Below are positions 37,226 to 46,323 of a stretch of 64,000 bases of DNA, one piece after another. Source of the DNA: Candidatus Woesebacteria bacterium (GTDB lineage Bacteria; Patescibacteriota; Microgenomatia; UBA8517); NCBI GenBank assembly GCA_003484955.1, contig DMZH01000002.1, positions 145,700-209,699 of the forward strand, given 5' to 3'. The notes below the pieces were generated by a model. The model searched no databases and had not been told where the DNA came from. It was given only the letters and a program-made list of their open reading frames with translations. The stretch's first letter is position 1; the number at the start of each line of letters is the position of its first letter. The position numbers were made by a program, and so were the translations under genes.

Positions 37226-37489
37226 CGGGATCGACGAGATTCGGACTCGCAACCTCTTCCGTGCACCTTTTTGTTTCCAAAAAGTTTGGACTATCTCATC
37301 ATCCTAAAAATAGGAGCCAGGTATATAGTCTCTACACATTTACTACGTTCACATAAACTGAACGCAGCTTTAGCTCGGGATTGCCATCTTAAAGGTTTCC
37401 CCGAATTAGCCTGGTTTTACATTCCAGATCACTCTGGAACGCTGCCACAATCGACAGGGAAGCGCTCTAGCCAGTTGAGCTACGACCCC
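37226..37489 (-). tRNA. tRNA-Asp(GTC) split by a group I intron (exons 37489-37454 and 37263-37226)
   Basis: Spliced product has acceptor GGGGTCG/CGATCCC and anticodon arm CTTCC-CTGTCAC-GGAAG. Confidence 0.9.
37264..37453 (-). ncRNA. Group I self-splicing intron (190 nt)
   Basis: 5' exon ends in U; P1 CTGT|CG-ATTG-TGGCAG with U.G wobble; P7 GACTA/TAGTC; terminal G. Confidence 0.88.
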
Positions 37490-37501
37490 AATACACGTAT
37501 T

Positions 37502-37912
37502 TTACCAGTAATAGTCTTTAGCCGCAATTACACCTTTTTCTTGGTTATTTTTTGATTTTTCTATTCTTATACTTAGTTTCTTTTTACCAACAAAAATAGC
37601 TTTTGGGAAAAAGCATAATTTATCAATTTTTGGAATATACACGATCAGGGCGTCAACCTCATTTTTCTTGTATGTATAAGTATTTTTTCTTCTGTCAACA
37701 TACTCAAGTTTTACAACAACAGATCCATGCGTATTTGAAGGTTTTCCGTTGGCATATTTTACTTGTAAGCGGGAGAGACGAAGACCATCATCAATAATTA
37801 AATCATATCGGGCATCAAACAAAGGTCTGCTGGGCAAATATCCCAATTCAAATGCTCTTAACTCGGCCTTACTTACGGCCAATTGTCCTTTTGTGTTGGT
37901 GGTTGTCTTCAT
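37502..37912 (-). CDS. Group I intron-associated PD-(D/E)XK endonuclease (PDDEXK_5-like), free-standing
   Basis: KG..AV, S.P....RYDLI.D....RLQVKY, Y...EVD pattern. Confidence 0.8.
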   Translation of the reverse strand: MKTTTNTKGQLAVSKAELRAFELGYLPSRPLFDARYDLIIDDGLRLSRLQVKYANGKPSNTHGSVVVKLEYVDRRKNTYTYKKNEVDALIVYIPKIDKLCFFPKAIFVGKKKLSIRIEKSKNNQEKGVIAAKDYYW

Positions 37913-37976
37913 ATATAAACTTTAATATAAATTATGACTATGTGCAAGCTAGGTACATTCTATTTACTCTATTTGT

Positions 37977-39716
37977 GTGTTAGGATTTTTGCATACGGAA
38001 GTGCAAAACAATTTAACCAACCTCCAAATCGCTGAGCTTCTTAGAGATGTAGCCGCATCATATCAGTTGAGAGATAAAGATAAGTATAAATTTCAGATAA
38101 TTGCCTACGAACGAGCGGCCGACGCAGTCGAACACGCCAGTTCCGAGCTTAAAGACCTTTGGGATGATGGGAAACTTGAAGATGTTCCCGGCATTGGGCC
38201 GAGTATAGCTGAGCATTTGGGTGAACTCTTCAAAACAGGACACTCCAAACATTTTGATAGTCTTATGAAAGATATTCCCGCCGATGCCTTTAAACTTATG
38301 GAACTGCCCGGAATCGGAATCAAAACAGCCATGAAAATGATTAAAGCAGGAAACCCTAAAGAAGTTAGGGAAAAATTAAAAGAAGTCGCCGAAAAGGAGA
38401 AAAAGGGAAAACGCCACCTTTTGCCCTACGCTGCCACGGTGGCCCATGAAGTAATGGAGTATTTATCAGAAAACCCTGCCACCATGCGTGTGGACCCTCT
38501 AGGAAGCCTCAGACGTCAGGCATCTACCATCGGTGACATTGATATTGCCGTAGCCACGAATGATCCTGTAGCGGTGATTGATTATTTTACTAAATATCCA
38601 AAATCTCAAAAAATGATAGAAAAAGGCGAGCACACAGCTTCAATTCTCCTTCCGGGAGGGATCCAGGTTGATTTAATGACCCAACCAATTGAATCTTACG
38701 GCTCACTATTACAGCATTTTACAGGATCAAAACATCACAACATAGCTCTACGTGAGCTGGCTCTCAAAAAAGGATTGAGCCTTTCCGAATACGGTATACG
38801 CAAATCACAAGAGCCAAATTCAAAGATCCAAAAGTTTAAAACCGAGGAAGAGTTCTATAAATATTTAAGGCTTGACTATATAGAACCGGAACTAAGGGAA
38901 GATACAGGAGAAATTGAATCGGCCAAGGAGCATAAATTACCAAACTTGGTTGAATTAGGTGAAGTCAAAAGCGATCTTCAAATTCATTCTAGCTTTGATA
39001 TAGAAACAAGCCATGATCTGGGCGAAAGCAGCATAGAGGAAATTACCAAGAAGGCTAGTGAGTTAAGGTACGAATACATTGCTTTTACGGAACACAATCC
39101 CAGCCAGAAAGGACATAATGATTCCCAGATCGTGGAAATACTCAAAAGAAAGCGTGAAAACATTGATAAAATTAATTACTCATTAAAGAATAGGCATGTA
39201 AGTAGTATACAAAAAGTATTCAATAGCCTTGAAATTGATATTCTGTCAGACGGTAGCCTACCTGTTCCCGAACAAGGGTTGGAACTTTTAGATTTTGCTC
39301 TTGTCTCCATTCACTCAAGTTTCAATTTGGAAAAAGATCTAATGACCAAGCGGGTTTTAACTGCTTTGACTCACCCTAAAGTACGCATATTTGCCCATCC
39401 AACAGCCAGAAAACTTAATGAAAGGGAGGGGGTTGAGCTTAATTGGCCCGAAATTTTTGACTTTTGCCTCAAAAATAATAAATGGATAGAAATAAACTGC
39501 GATCCGATGAGACTGGATCTGCCGGATAATCTAGTTCGTGAGGCTGTGAAACTTGGTGTGAAAATGACTTTTGGTACCGATGCTCACCATAAAGACGGAA
39601 TGGATAACATGACTTTTGGAGTTTCTGTTGCAAGACGGGGTTGGTGTGAAGCCCGTGATATAATAAATACTCGAAGTTTAGTTGAGTTTGAGAAATTATT
39701 GAAAGAAGGTGAATAA
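37977..39716 (+). CDS. polX: DNA polymerase X / PHP-domain protein
   Basis: GSLRR, GDIDI, HFTGSK.HN, LSEYG, PELRE, C-terminal PHP (TEH, AHP, TDAH); start codon uncertain. Confidence 0.92.
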   Translation: MLGFLHTEVQNNLTNLQIAELLRDVAASYQLRDKDKYKFQIIAYERAADAVEHASSELKDLWDDGKLEDVPGIGPSIAEHLGELFKTGHSKHFDSLMKDIPADAFKLMELPGIGIKTAMKMIKAGNPKEVREKLKEVAEKEKKGKRHLLPYAATVAHEVMEYLSENPATMRVDPLGSLRRQASTIGDIDIAVATNDPVAVIDYFTKYPKSQKMIEKGEHTASILLPGGIQVDLMTQPIESYGSLLQHFTGSKHHNIALRELALKKGLSLSEYGIRKSQEPNSKIQKFKTEEEFYKYLRLDYIEPELREDTGEIESAKEHKLPNLVELGEVKSDLQIHSSFDIETSHDLGESSIEEITKKASELRYEYIAFTEHNPSQKGHNDSQIVEILKRKRENIDKINYSLKNRHVSSIQKVFNSLEIDILSDGSLPVPEQGLELLDFALVSIHSSFNLEKDLMTKRVLTALTHPKVRIFAHPTARKLNEREGVELNWPEIFDFCLKNNKWIEINCDPMRLDLPDNLVREAVKLGVKMTFGTDAHHKDGMDNMTFGVSVARRGWCEARDIINTRSLVEFEKLLKEGE

Positions 39717-39719
39717 ACG

Positions 39720-40301
39720 ATGATATATATACTTGTGGCAATTTTAATAATATTAGTTTTTTGGATAATCTCTGTTTACAACTTTTTTGTTAGCACCAAG
39801 ACCAGGGTGGGCGCGGCAATTCAGGAAATTGGCAATCAACTTAAAAGACAATTTGAACTTATTCCGAATTTGGAATCTTCCGCTAAAGGATATTTGATCC
39901 ACGAAAAAGGTATTTTTGACGAGTTGACAAACGCGAGAAAAGCAATTTCTTCTGCGATGAACTCGGGGGACTTGAAAAAAATGACTGATGCCGGAAAGAT
40001 GCTTTCCGACCTCTTACCTAAAATTCAGGTGGTTGTTGAAGACAATCCTGAGATAAAGGCCAGCGAGGTGGTCAAAAACTTAATGGATGAGCTAAGGGAC
40101 ACGTCGGACAAAGTCATGTATGCAAGGCGCCTTCTTATAGATCTGACGGCAGATTATAATGTCAAAATGGTTTCATTTCCAAGTAACGTAATTGCAGGTA
40201 TTTTCCGCTTTGAAAAATTAAAAGGGTTGGAAACACCTGTTGACGGAGACGAGTTAAAAGTTGGAAAAGAGGAAATGGAAACCCCAAAAATTAATCTCTG
40301 A
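39720..40301 (+). CDS. lemA: LemA family protein
   Basis: N-terminal TM, YN, QLKR..LIPNL, YN....FPSN; precedes htpX. Confidence 0.9.
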   Translation: MIYILVAILIILVFWIISVYNFFVSTKTRVGAAIQEIGNQLKRQFELIPNLESSAKGYLIHEKGIFDELTNARKAISSAMNSGDLKKMTDAGKMLSDLLPKIQVVVEDNPEIKASEVVKNLMDELRDTSDKVMYARRLLIDLTADYNVKMVSFPSNVIAGIFRFEKLKGLETPVDGDELKVGKEEMETPKINL

Positions 40302-40326
40302 TTAATTTTGAAATTCTAATTGATCT

Positions 40327-41256
40327 GTGAGAAATATTTACGAAGTTCAAAAGTCCAATAAGATCAAGAGTGCGGTTGTTGTCGCTCTTTTTGTTGTGTT
40401 TGTTGCTTTAGCCACCTACGTTTTGGCCAAAGCTATGAGTATTTATTTTGGATATGAACCGGGCCAGCTGGGATTTGTGGGCGTTGCCTTGATTGTTTCG
40501 GGAATTTCCAGTTTTGTCGGTTATTATTTTTCCGACCAGATTGTTTTGGGAATTTCAGGAGCAAGACCCGCAGACAGGAAAAAGGATTTTCTTTTTTATA
40601 CAGTTGCCGAGAACCTATCCATAGGAGTTGGGATTCCGGTTCCTAAGCTTTACGTAATAGCTGATTCTGCACCGAATGCTTTTGCGACAGGTAGAGACCC
40701 GGTTCACGCTGCGGTTTGCGCAACATCCGGGCTTTTGGAAAAATTAAACCGAACTGAGCTGGAAGGGGTGGTTGCCCATGAAATAACCCATGTCAGAAAT
40801 TATGACACAAGGCTGATGTCTGTTGTTTCTGTAATGGTCGGTCTTATAGCACTTTTGGGCGACTGGCTTTTAAGGGCAACCTGGTTTGGTGGAAGAAGAA
40901 ACAATAACGACAGAGACAGCGGAAGCTCAATTTTTCTGGTTTTAGGAATAATTTTTGCCATTCTGTCCCCGATTATCGGACAACTCATTCAGTTGGCAAT
41001 TTCCAGACGTCGTGAATTTTTTGCAGATGCGGGATCGGTTGAGCTGACAAGGCAACCCAGCGGTTTAATCTCTGCATTAACTAAAATCTCAGCCGACAGC
41101 GAACCTTTGGAAGTTGCAAATAAAGCCACAGCACATCTTTATATTTGCAGTCCCTTTAAGGCCAAAGGTCGCGGAAGCGCCAGTTGGTTTGCAAATCTTT
41201 TTAACACACACCCGCCGATTGCAGAACGCATAAAAATCTTGAAAGGGATGGCTTAA
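40327..41256 (+). CDS. htpX: Zn metalloprotease HtpX (M48)
   Basis: PNAFATG, AHEITH, SRRREFFAD, THPP...RI. Confidence 0.95.
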   Translation: MRNIYEVQKSNKIKSAVVVALFVVFVALATYVLAKAMSIYFGYEPGQLGFVGVALIVSGISSFVGYYFSDQIVLGISGARPADRKKDFLFYTVAENLSIGVGIPVPKLYVIADSAPNAFATGRDPVHAAVCATSGLLEKLNRTELEGVVAHEITHVRNYDTRLMSVVSVMVGLIALLGDWLLRATWFGGRRNNNDRDSGSSIFLVLGIIFAILSPIIGQLIQLAISRRREFFADAGSVELTRQPSGLISALTKISADSEPLEVANKATAHLYICSPFKAKGRGSASWFANLFNTHPPIAERIKILKGMA

Positions 41257-41299
41257 ACTTCTTGTTAAAAATTCTATTTGGCGATATTATTACGAGAGT

Positions 41300-41611
41300 A
41301 TGGTAAAGCTCACAAAAGAGGACGTTTTGCATGTTGCCAAACTCGCAAAGTTAGACTTGGTAGAAGCAGAAATTGAAAGATTTACGCCACAACTTTCTAA
41401 CGTAATTAATCACTTCAGTGAACTTTTGGAAGTTGACACAGGAGACACCGAACCGACAAGCCAGACAACAAGACTTGAGAATGTTTACCGTGAGGATAAA
41501 GTAGCTGTTGAAGGGTCCTTAAGCGCTGAGGAAGCAATTTCAGGATCCGACAAAATTCACAACGGTTATTTTAAAGTCAAGGCTATTTTGGAAGGAAGAA
41601 CGGATAAATAG
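41300..41611 (+). CDS. gatC: Asp/Glu-tRNA amidotransferase subunit C
   Basis: VLHVAKLAKL, RED, GYFKV. Confidence 0.93.
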   Translation: MVKLTKEDVLHVAKLAKLDLVEAEIERFTPQLSNVINHFSELLEVDTGDTEPTSQTTRLENVYREDKVAVEGSLSAEEAISGSDKIHNGYFKVKAILEGRTDK

Positions 41612-41620
41612 ATTTTATTT

Positions 41621-43033
41621 ATGAAAAACACGAAAGACATCCCGCTGACAATTAAGGAAACACAGGAAGGCCTTTTAAAGAAAAAGTTCTCGGCAATGGA
41701 GCTGGTCGATGCCTATCTTGGAAAAATAGACGAAGAGAAAGACCTAAACGCGTATATAACAATTTGCGATGATGAGGCTTATAAAAAAGCCGGAGAGGTA
41801 GATAAACTTATTGCGAATAACTCTTTAGATTTTTCGGAAAACTTTCCTCTTTTGGGTGCGACGATAGGCCATAAAGATTTATTTTTGACCAAGGGTATAA
41901 GAACAACAGCAGCCTCCAAAGTACTTAATGGCTATGTTCCTGCCTATTCCGCAACCGCCGTTGCCAGAATGGAAAAAGCAGGAGGAATAATTTTGGGAAA
42001 AACAAATTGTGATGCTTGGGCGCATGGGGCAAGCGGAGAAAATTCCGATTTCGGACCAACCAAGAACCCGTGGAATAAAAAGTTTGTTCCGGGAGGATCC
42101 AGCAGTGGCTCCGCAGTCTCCGTTGCAGCAGGTCTTTCCCTGATTGCCACAGGAACGGATACGGGAGGTTCCATCAGACAGCCTGCCAATTTTTGCGGAG
42201 TGGTTGGCCTTAAACCTACTTACGGAGCTGTTTCAAGGTACGGAATAATTGCCATGGCTTCGTCTCTTGACTCGGTCGGGAATTTCGGAAAGAGTGTGGC
42301 CGATGTTGAGACGGTTTTTAACGTAACTAAAGGTGAGGATGGACGGGACAGCACCGTCAAGAATGCAGAGTTTATTAAGCCAAAAGGCAAAATAAAAATA
42401 GGTATCCCTAAAGAATATTTTGTAGAAGGAGTGGATAAAGAGGTTGCCGAAAGCGTGATTAAAGTATCCAAGGTTTTTGAGAAGGCAGGAATTGAACTTA
42501 GAGAAATCAGCCTTCCCCACACCAAATATGCCATATCTGTTTATTACATCGTTCAGCCCGCAGAGGTTTCCTCGAATCTCGGAAGATATGACGGAATAAG
42601 ATATGGAAATCCCCGCGCGGATTTCGGAGCCGAGGCAAAAAGAAGAATTATGCTTGGAACCTATGTTTTATCTGCAGGCTATTACGACGCCTTTTATCTT
42701 AAGGCTCAGAAAGTCAGGTCTAAGCTGATCGGGGATTTTGAAGCCGCTTTTGAAACAGTTGATGCAATTTTGGCGCCTGTTTCGCCCACCCCGGCATTTA
42801 AACTCGGAGAAAAGGCCTCGGATCCTCTTAAAATGTATTTGGCCGATATTTTTACGGCACCGGCAAACCTTGCCGGAATTCCGGGGCTTTCCATTCCCTC
42901 GGGTTTTAATGAAGGGGGACTTCCTTTAGGATTTCAGCTTTTGGGTCCCAGATTTTCAGAGCCTGTTCTATTCGAGTTGGGAAAACTATACGAGAAGGAA
43001 ACCGATTATAAAGCGATATTGCCAAACCTTTAA
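41621..43033 (+). CDS. gatA: Amidotransferase subunit A
   Basis: PGGSSSGS, GTDTGGSIRQPA, RRIMLGTY. Confidence 0.97.
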   Translation: MKNTKDIPLTIKETQEGLLKKKFSAMELVDAYLGKIDEEKDLNAYITICDDEAYKKAGEVDKLIANNSLDFSENFPLLGATIGHKDLFLTKGIRTTAASKVLNGYVPAYSATAVARMEKAGGIILGKTNCDAWAHGASGENSDFGPTKNPWNKKFVPGGSSSGSAVSVAAGLSLIATGTDTGGSIRQPANFCGVVGLKPTYGAVSRYGIIAMASSLDSVGNFGKSVADVETVFNVTKGEDGRDSTVKNAEFIKPKGKIKIGIPKEYFVEGVDKEVAESVIKVSKVFEKAGIELREISLPHTKYAISVYYIVQPAEVSSNLGRYDGIRYGNPRADFGAEAKRRIMLGTYVLSAGYYDAFYLKAQKVRSKLIGDFEAAFETVDAILAPVSPTPAFKLGEKASDPLKMYLADIFTAPANLAGIPGLSIPSGFNEGGLPLGFQLLGPRFSEPVLFELGKLYEKETDYKAILPNL

Positions 43034-43035
43034 AT

Positions 43036-44280
43036 ATGCTACGCGACTACAAATCTGTAATTAAAAATAAAAAATTCAAATATATCTGGATTTCTCAGAT
43101 ATTTTCTCAGCTGACAATAAACATTATGAACTTTGTGCTTTTGATCCGGCTTTTTGAAGTTACGGGTTCGGCAATCTCAACGTCGCTTTTATGGGTAGCC
43201 TATGCACTTCCCGCAATTTTAGTAGGGCCTTTTGCGTCAGCAGTGGTTGACCTTGTTGATAAAAGAAAAATGCTCATTTTTACAAATCTTTTTCAGGCTC
43301 TGGTAATACTGATTTTTGGCTTTGCCGCAAATTCCAGCATTTTCTTTCTATATGAAGTAGTTTTCCTTTATTCTTTATTAAACCAATTCTATGTCCCGTC
43401 CGAAACTTCCACTCTGGCATTTGTTTTGAAAAAGGATAAATTAGTTCATGGCAACAGCCTTTTTTTCATAACTCAGCAGGGCTCTTTGGTTGTGGGCTTT
43501 GCTTTGGCTGGCCTTCTTAACGCATTTCTAGGATTTAATAACACAATATTTTTGTGCTCAGCATTCCTTTTCATTGCTTTTCTTAGCACACTATTTTTAC
43601 CGAGCTTAAAATCCGAAAATGAAATCCCCAAGGGATTTGAAACTGCCGTTTTTGGTTTCTTTAAACATATAAGCAACGGCTACGCCTTTATAAAAAGTGA
43701 AAGAAAAGTGCTGACTCCCGTACTTCTTCTCATCGGATTTCAGGTTGCACTGCAGGTTGTAATTGTTCAATTCCCAACCTTGGCAAAAAATATTTTAAAC
43801 ATTCCTCTAAACAGCGCCGGAATATACATGCTGGTGCCCGCAGGGATTGGGGCGGTTTTTGGGGCTCTTTTTATACCCAAAATTTTGAAAAGAGATGTAA
43901 GAAAGAAAACACTCATCGATATCGCTCTGTTGGCAATGGCCATATCGCTGATATTTTTGACTTTTGTCATTCCGCTTTTTAGCTACATTGTCAGATTTAT
44001 ACTCTCATTCCTTTCGGTAGTGGTTATAGGGTTCAGCTTTGTTGCAATTCTGGTTCCCTCACAGACATTTCTACAGGAATCAACCCCGTCGGAACTCAGA
44101 GGCAGGGTTTTCGGTAATTTCTCTTTTCTGGTAATAACGGTATCTGTGCTGCCGGTTGTATTTTCCGGATCGATAGTTGAAATATTCGGTATCAAGTCTC
44201 TGTTGCTTTTACTGTCCGTTTTTATTTTTGTAGTTTATGGATTTTCCAAAAAGTTTGGTGATAGATTTTTGGCAGGATAA
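43036..44280 (+). CDS. MFS transporter
   Basis: About 12 TM segments, D..DKRK, LRGRV. Confidence 0.88.
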   Translation: MLRDYKSVIKNKKFKYIWISQIFSQLTINIMNFVLLIRLFEVTGSAISTSLLWVAYALPAILVGPFASAVVDLVDKRKMLIFTNLFQALVILIFGFAANSSIFFLYEVVFLYSLLNQFYVPSETSTLAFVLKKDKLVHGNSLFFITQQGSLVVGFALAGLLNAFLGFNNTIFLCSAFLFIAFLSTLFLPSLKSENEIPKGFETAVFGFFKHISNGYAFIKSERKVLTPVLLLIGFQVALQVVIVQFPTLAKNILNIPLNSAGIYMLVPAGIGAVFGALFIPKILKRDVRKKTLIDIALLAMAISLIFLTFVIPLFSYIVRFILSFLSVVVIGFSFVAILVPSQTFLQESTPSELRGRVFGNFSFLVITVSVLPVVFSGSIVEIFGIKSLLLLLSVFIFVVYGFSKKFGDRFLAG

Positions 44281-44300
44281 ATTATGATTTTAATAAGATT

Positions 44301-45623
44301 ATGAATAAATTTACACCCATAATCGGCCTTGAGGTACACATTGAGCTTTCAACAAAAAGCAAAATGTTTTGCGGATGTTCCTCCGACCATTTTGGAAAAG
44401 CCCCAAATACGCAGGTTTGTCCAGTATGCCTGGGACTACCTGGAGCGCTTCCCTTTGCCAATAAAGAGGCTGTTACCGCTACCGTCAAATTTGGTCAGGC
44501 TTTTGGATCCCGAATAAACAGTTTCAGCAAATTTGACAGAAAACACTATTTCTACCCAGATTTACCCAAAAGCTACCAGATTTCACAATACGACATGCCG
44601 CTTTGCGTCGGCGGAGCCTTTGAGGACAAAAGGATAAGACGGGTCCATCTTGAGGAGGATACCGGCAAGTTGGTTCACGAAACCATAAATGGAGAAAAAT
44701 CGACACTGATTGACTTTAACAGAAGTTCGGTTCCTCTAATGGAAATGGTAACCGAGCCTGATTTCCACGACACGGTTTCAATTATAAGATTTCTGAAGGA
44801 GGCTCAAATGGTGGCGAGGTACTTGGGGATCAGTAATGCCGATATGGAAAAAGGTTCCATGAGACTTGAAGCAAACATATCTTTAAGCACAGAAGAGGGT
44901 ATTAAAAAAGGAGAGCTTCCCAATTACAAAGTGGAGCTGAAAAATATTAATTCATTCAAGTTCTTGGAAAAAGCAATAAACGCCGAGATTAAAAGACAGG
45001 AAGAAATTTTAACTGCCGGGGGGACTATACATTCGGAAACCCGTGGCTATGACGAAGTGAAGCAAACCACATACTCGCAAAGAAGCAAAGAGGAGGCTAA
45101 AGATTATAGATATTTCCCGGAGCCGGACCTTCCCCCAATGAGATTTACCGATGGGGAAATAGAGGAAATAAAAAACTCTCTTCCGGAACTTCCCAAGGAT
45201 AAAAGGAAAAGGTTTGCTGACAAATATTCGCTGTCCAACGACTACATTGAGATCCTTATTTCCAACCCTGGAAGGTCTTCCTATTTCGAAGAGGCGGTTA
45301 GCCTTGGACAAAATTGGAACCTGTCGGCAAAGTTGATTGCGGATCTGATGATAAATAAAAAGCTTGATTTACAGCACCCCGAACCTGCGGGACTCATTAA
45401 AAAAGTTGTAGAAATTATCAAAGTGGAATATTCCGACGGCAGTGATGTCGAGACAGCCGTAAACGAAGTGGTGGCAGAGGAATCAAAAGCAGTGAAAGAC
45501 TATAATAATGGCAAGGGTGAAGTTGTCGGATTTTTAATGGGCATGGTTCAGAAAAAACTAAAAGGTAAAGGAAATCCGTCCATGGTACGCGAAAAACTCT
45601 TAAATAAATTAAATGAGCGATAA
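44301..45623 (+). CDS. gatB: Amidotransferase subunit B
   Basis: IGLEVH, FDRKHYFYPDLPK, YRYFPEPDLPP. Confidence 0.97.
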   Translation: MNKFTPIIGLEVHIELSTKSKMFCGCSSDHFGKAPNTQVCPVCLGLPGALPFANKEAVTATVKFGQAFGSRINSFSKFDRKHYFYPDLPKSYQISQYDMPLCVGGAFEDKRIRRVHLEEDTGKLVHETINGEKSTLIDFNRSSVPLMEMVTEPDFHDTVSIIRFLKEAQMVARYLGISNADMEKGSMRLEANISLSTEEGIKKGELPNYKVELKNINSFKFLEKAINAEIKRQEEILTAGGTIHSETRGYDEVKQTTYSQRSKEEAKDYRYFPEPDLPPMRFTDGEIEEIKNSLPELPKDKRKRFADKYSLSNDYIEILISNPGRSSYFEEAVSLGQNWNLSAKLIADLMINKKLDLQHPEPAGLIKKVVEIIKVEYSDGSDVETAVNEVVAEESKAVKDYNNGKGEVVGFLMGMVQKKLKGKGNPSMVREKLLNKLNER

Positions 45624-46317
45624 AATAACTGAGATTCCAATTCAGGTAGAGAAGCCTTTCCAGCGGGAAGCGGCTAAGGAAGCCAATGAAACAATAGCGA
45701 GTATCCCCGGCGGCTCTACTGTTTTGTCAAACCCGGACTTGGGTGCCGAGATTCTTACAAAGTACGAAAAAGCAGAAGAATTGCAGGCGGAAGCGGAAGA
45801 ATTAAAAGCGGAAAACGTTAGAGACCCCCTCACAGGTGCCTTTAACAGGCGCTTCCTTGACCAACAGCTGGAGCATAAACTTCAAAGCGGACAAAAGATT
45901 TCTTTGATCATGGTGGATGTAGACCATTTTAAAGAATTTAACGATACCTACGGCCATAAAAACGGCGACAGGCTTCTCATCGAACTGGTAAGAACCCTAT
46001 CCGCCCGCCTAAGGCTTACCCGCCTGAACGGAGAAAAGGATTTTATAGCCCGCTATGGGGGAGAGGAATTTGCAATAATACTTTCTAATGTAAATGATTC
46101 GGACACAGCCAAAAATGTAGCCGAAAATCTTAGACAAATGGTTGCCGGTTTGAAATTTAGTATCGATGAAAAACCAACAGCCAAAAAAACAGTAAGCATG
46201 GGGGTGGCGGTCAGCAGAGATAACGATACCCCTGAAAATCTAGTAGTCAGGGCAGATAAGGCTTTATACAAAGCAAAAGACAATGGACGTAATTGTGTCG
46301 AGGCAGAGCCAGCTTAA
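45613..46317 (+). CDS. GGDEF diguanylate cyclase
   Basis: DPLTGAFNRR, DVDHFK.FND.YGH..GD, RYGGEEF. Confidence 0.92.
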   Translation: MSDKITEIPIQVEKPFQREAAKEANETIASIPGGSTVLSNPDLGAEILTKYEKAEELQAEAEELKAENVRDPLTGAFNRRFLDQQLEHKLQSGQKISLIMVDVDHFKEFNDTYGHKNGDRLLIELVRTLSARLRLTRLNGEKDFIARYGGEEFAIILSNVNDSDTAKNVAENLRQMVAGLKFSIDEKPTAKKTVSMGVAVSRDNDTPENLVVRADKALYKAKDNGRNCVEAEPA

Positions 46318-46323
46318 TTATGT

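Noticed and set aside
37271-37555. 94-aa plus-strand ORF
   Set aside because: It is antisense to the group I intron and tRNA-Asp.
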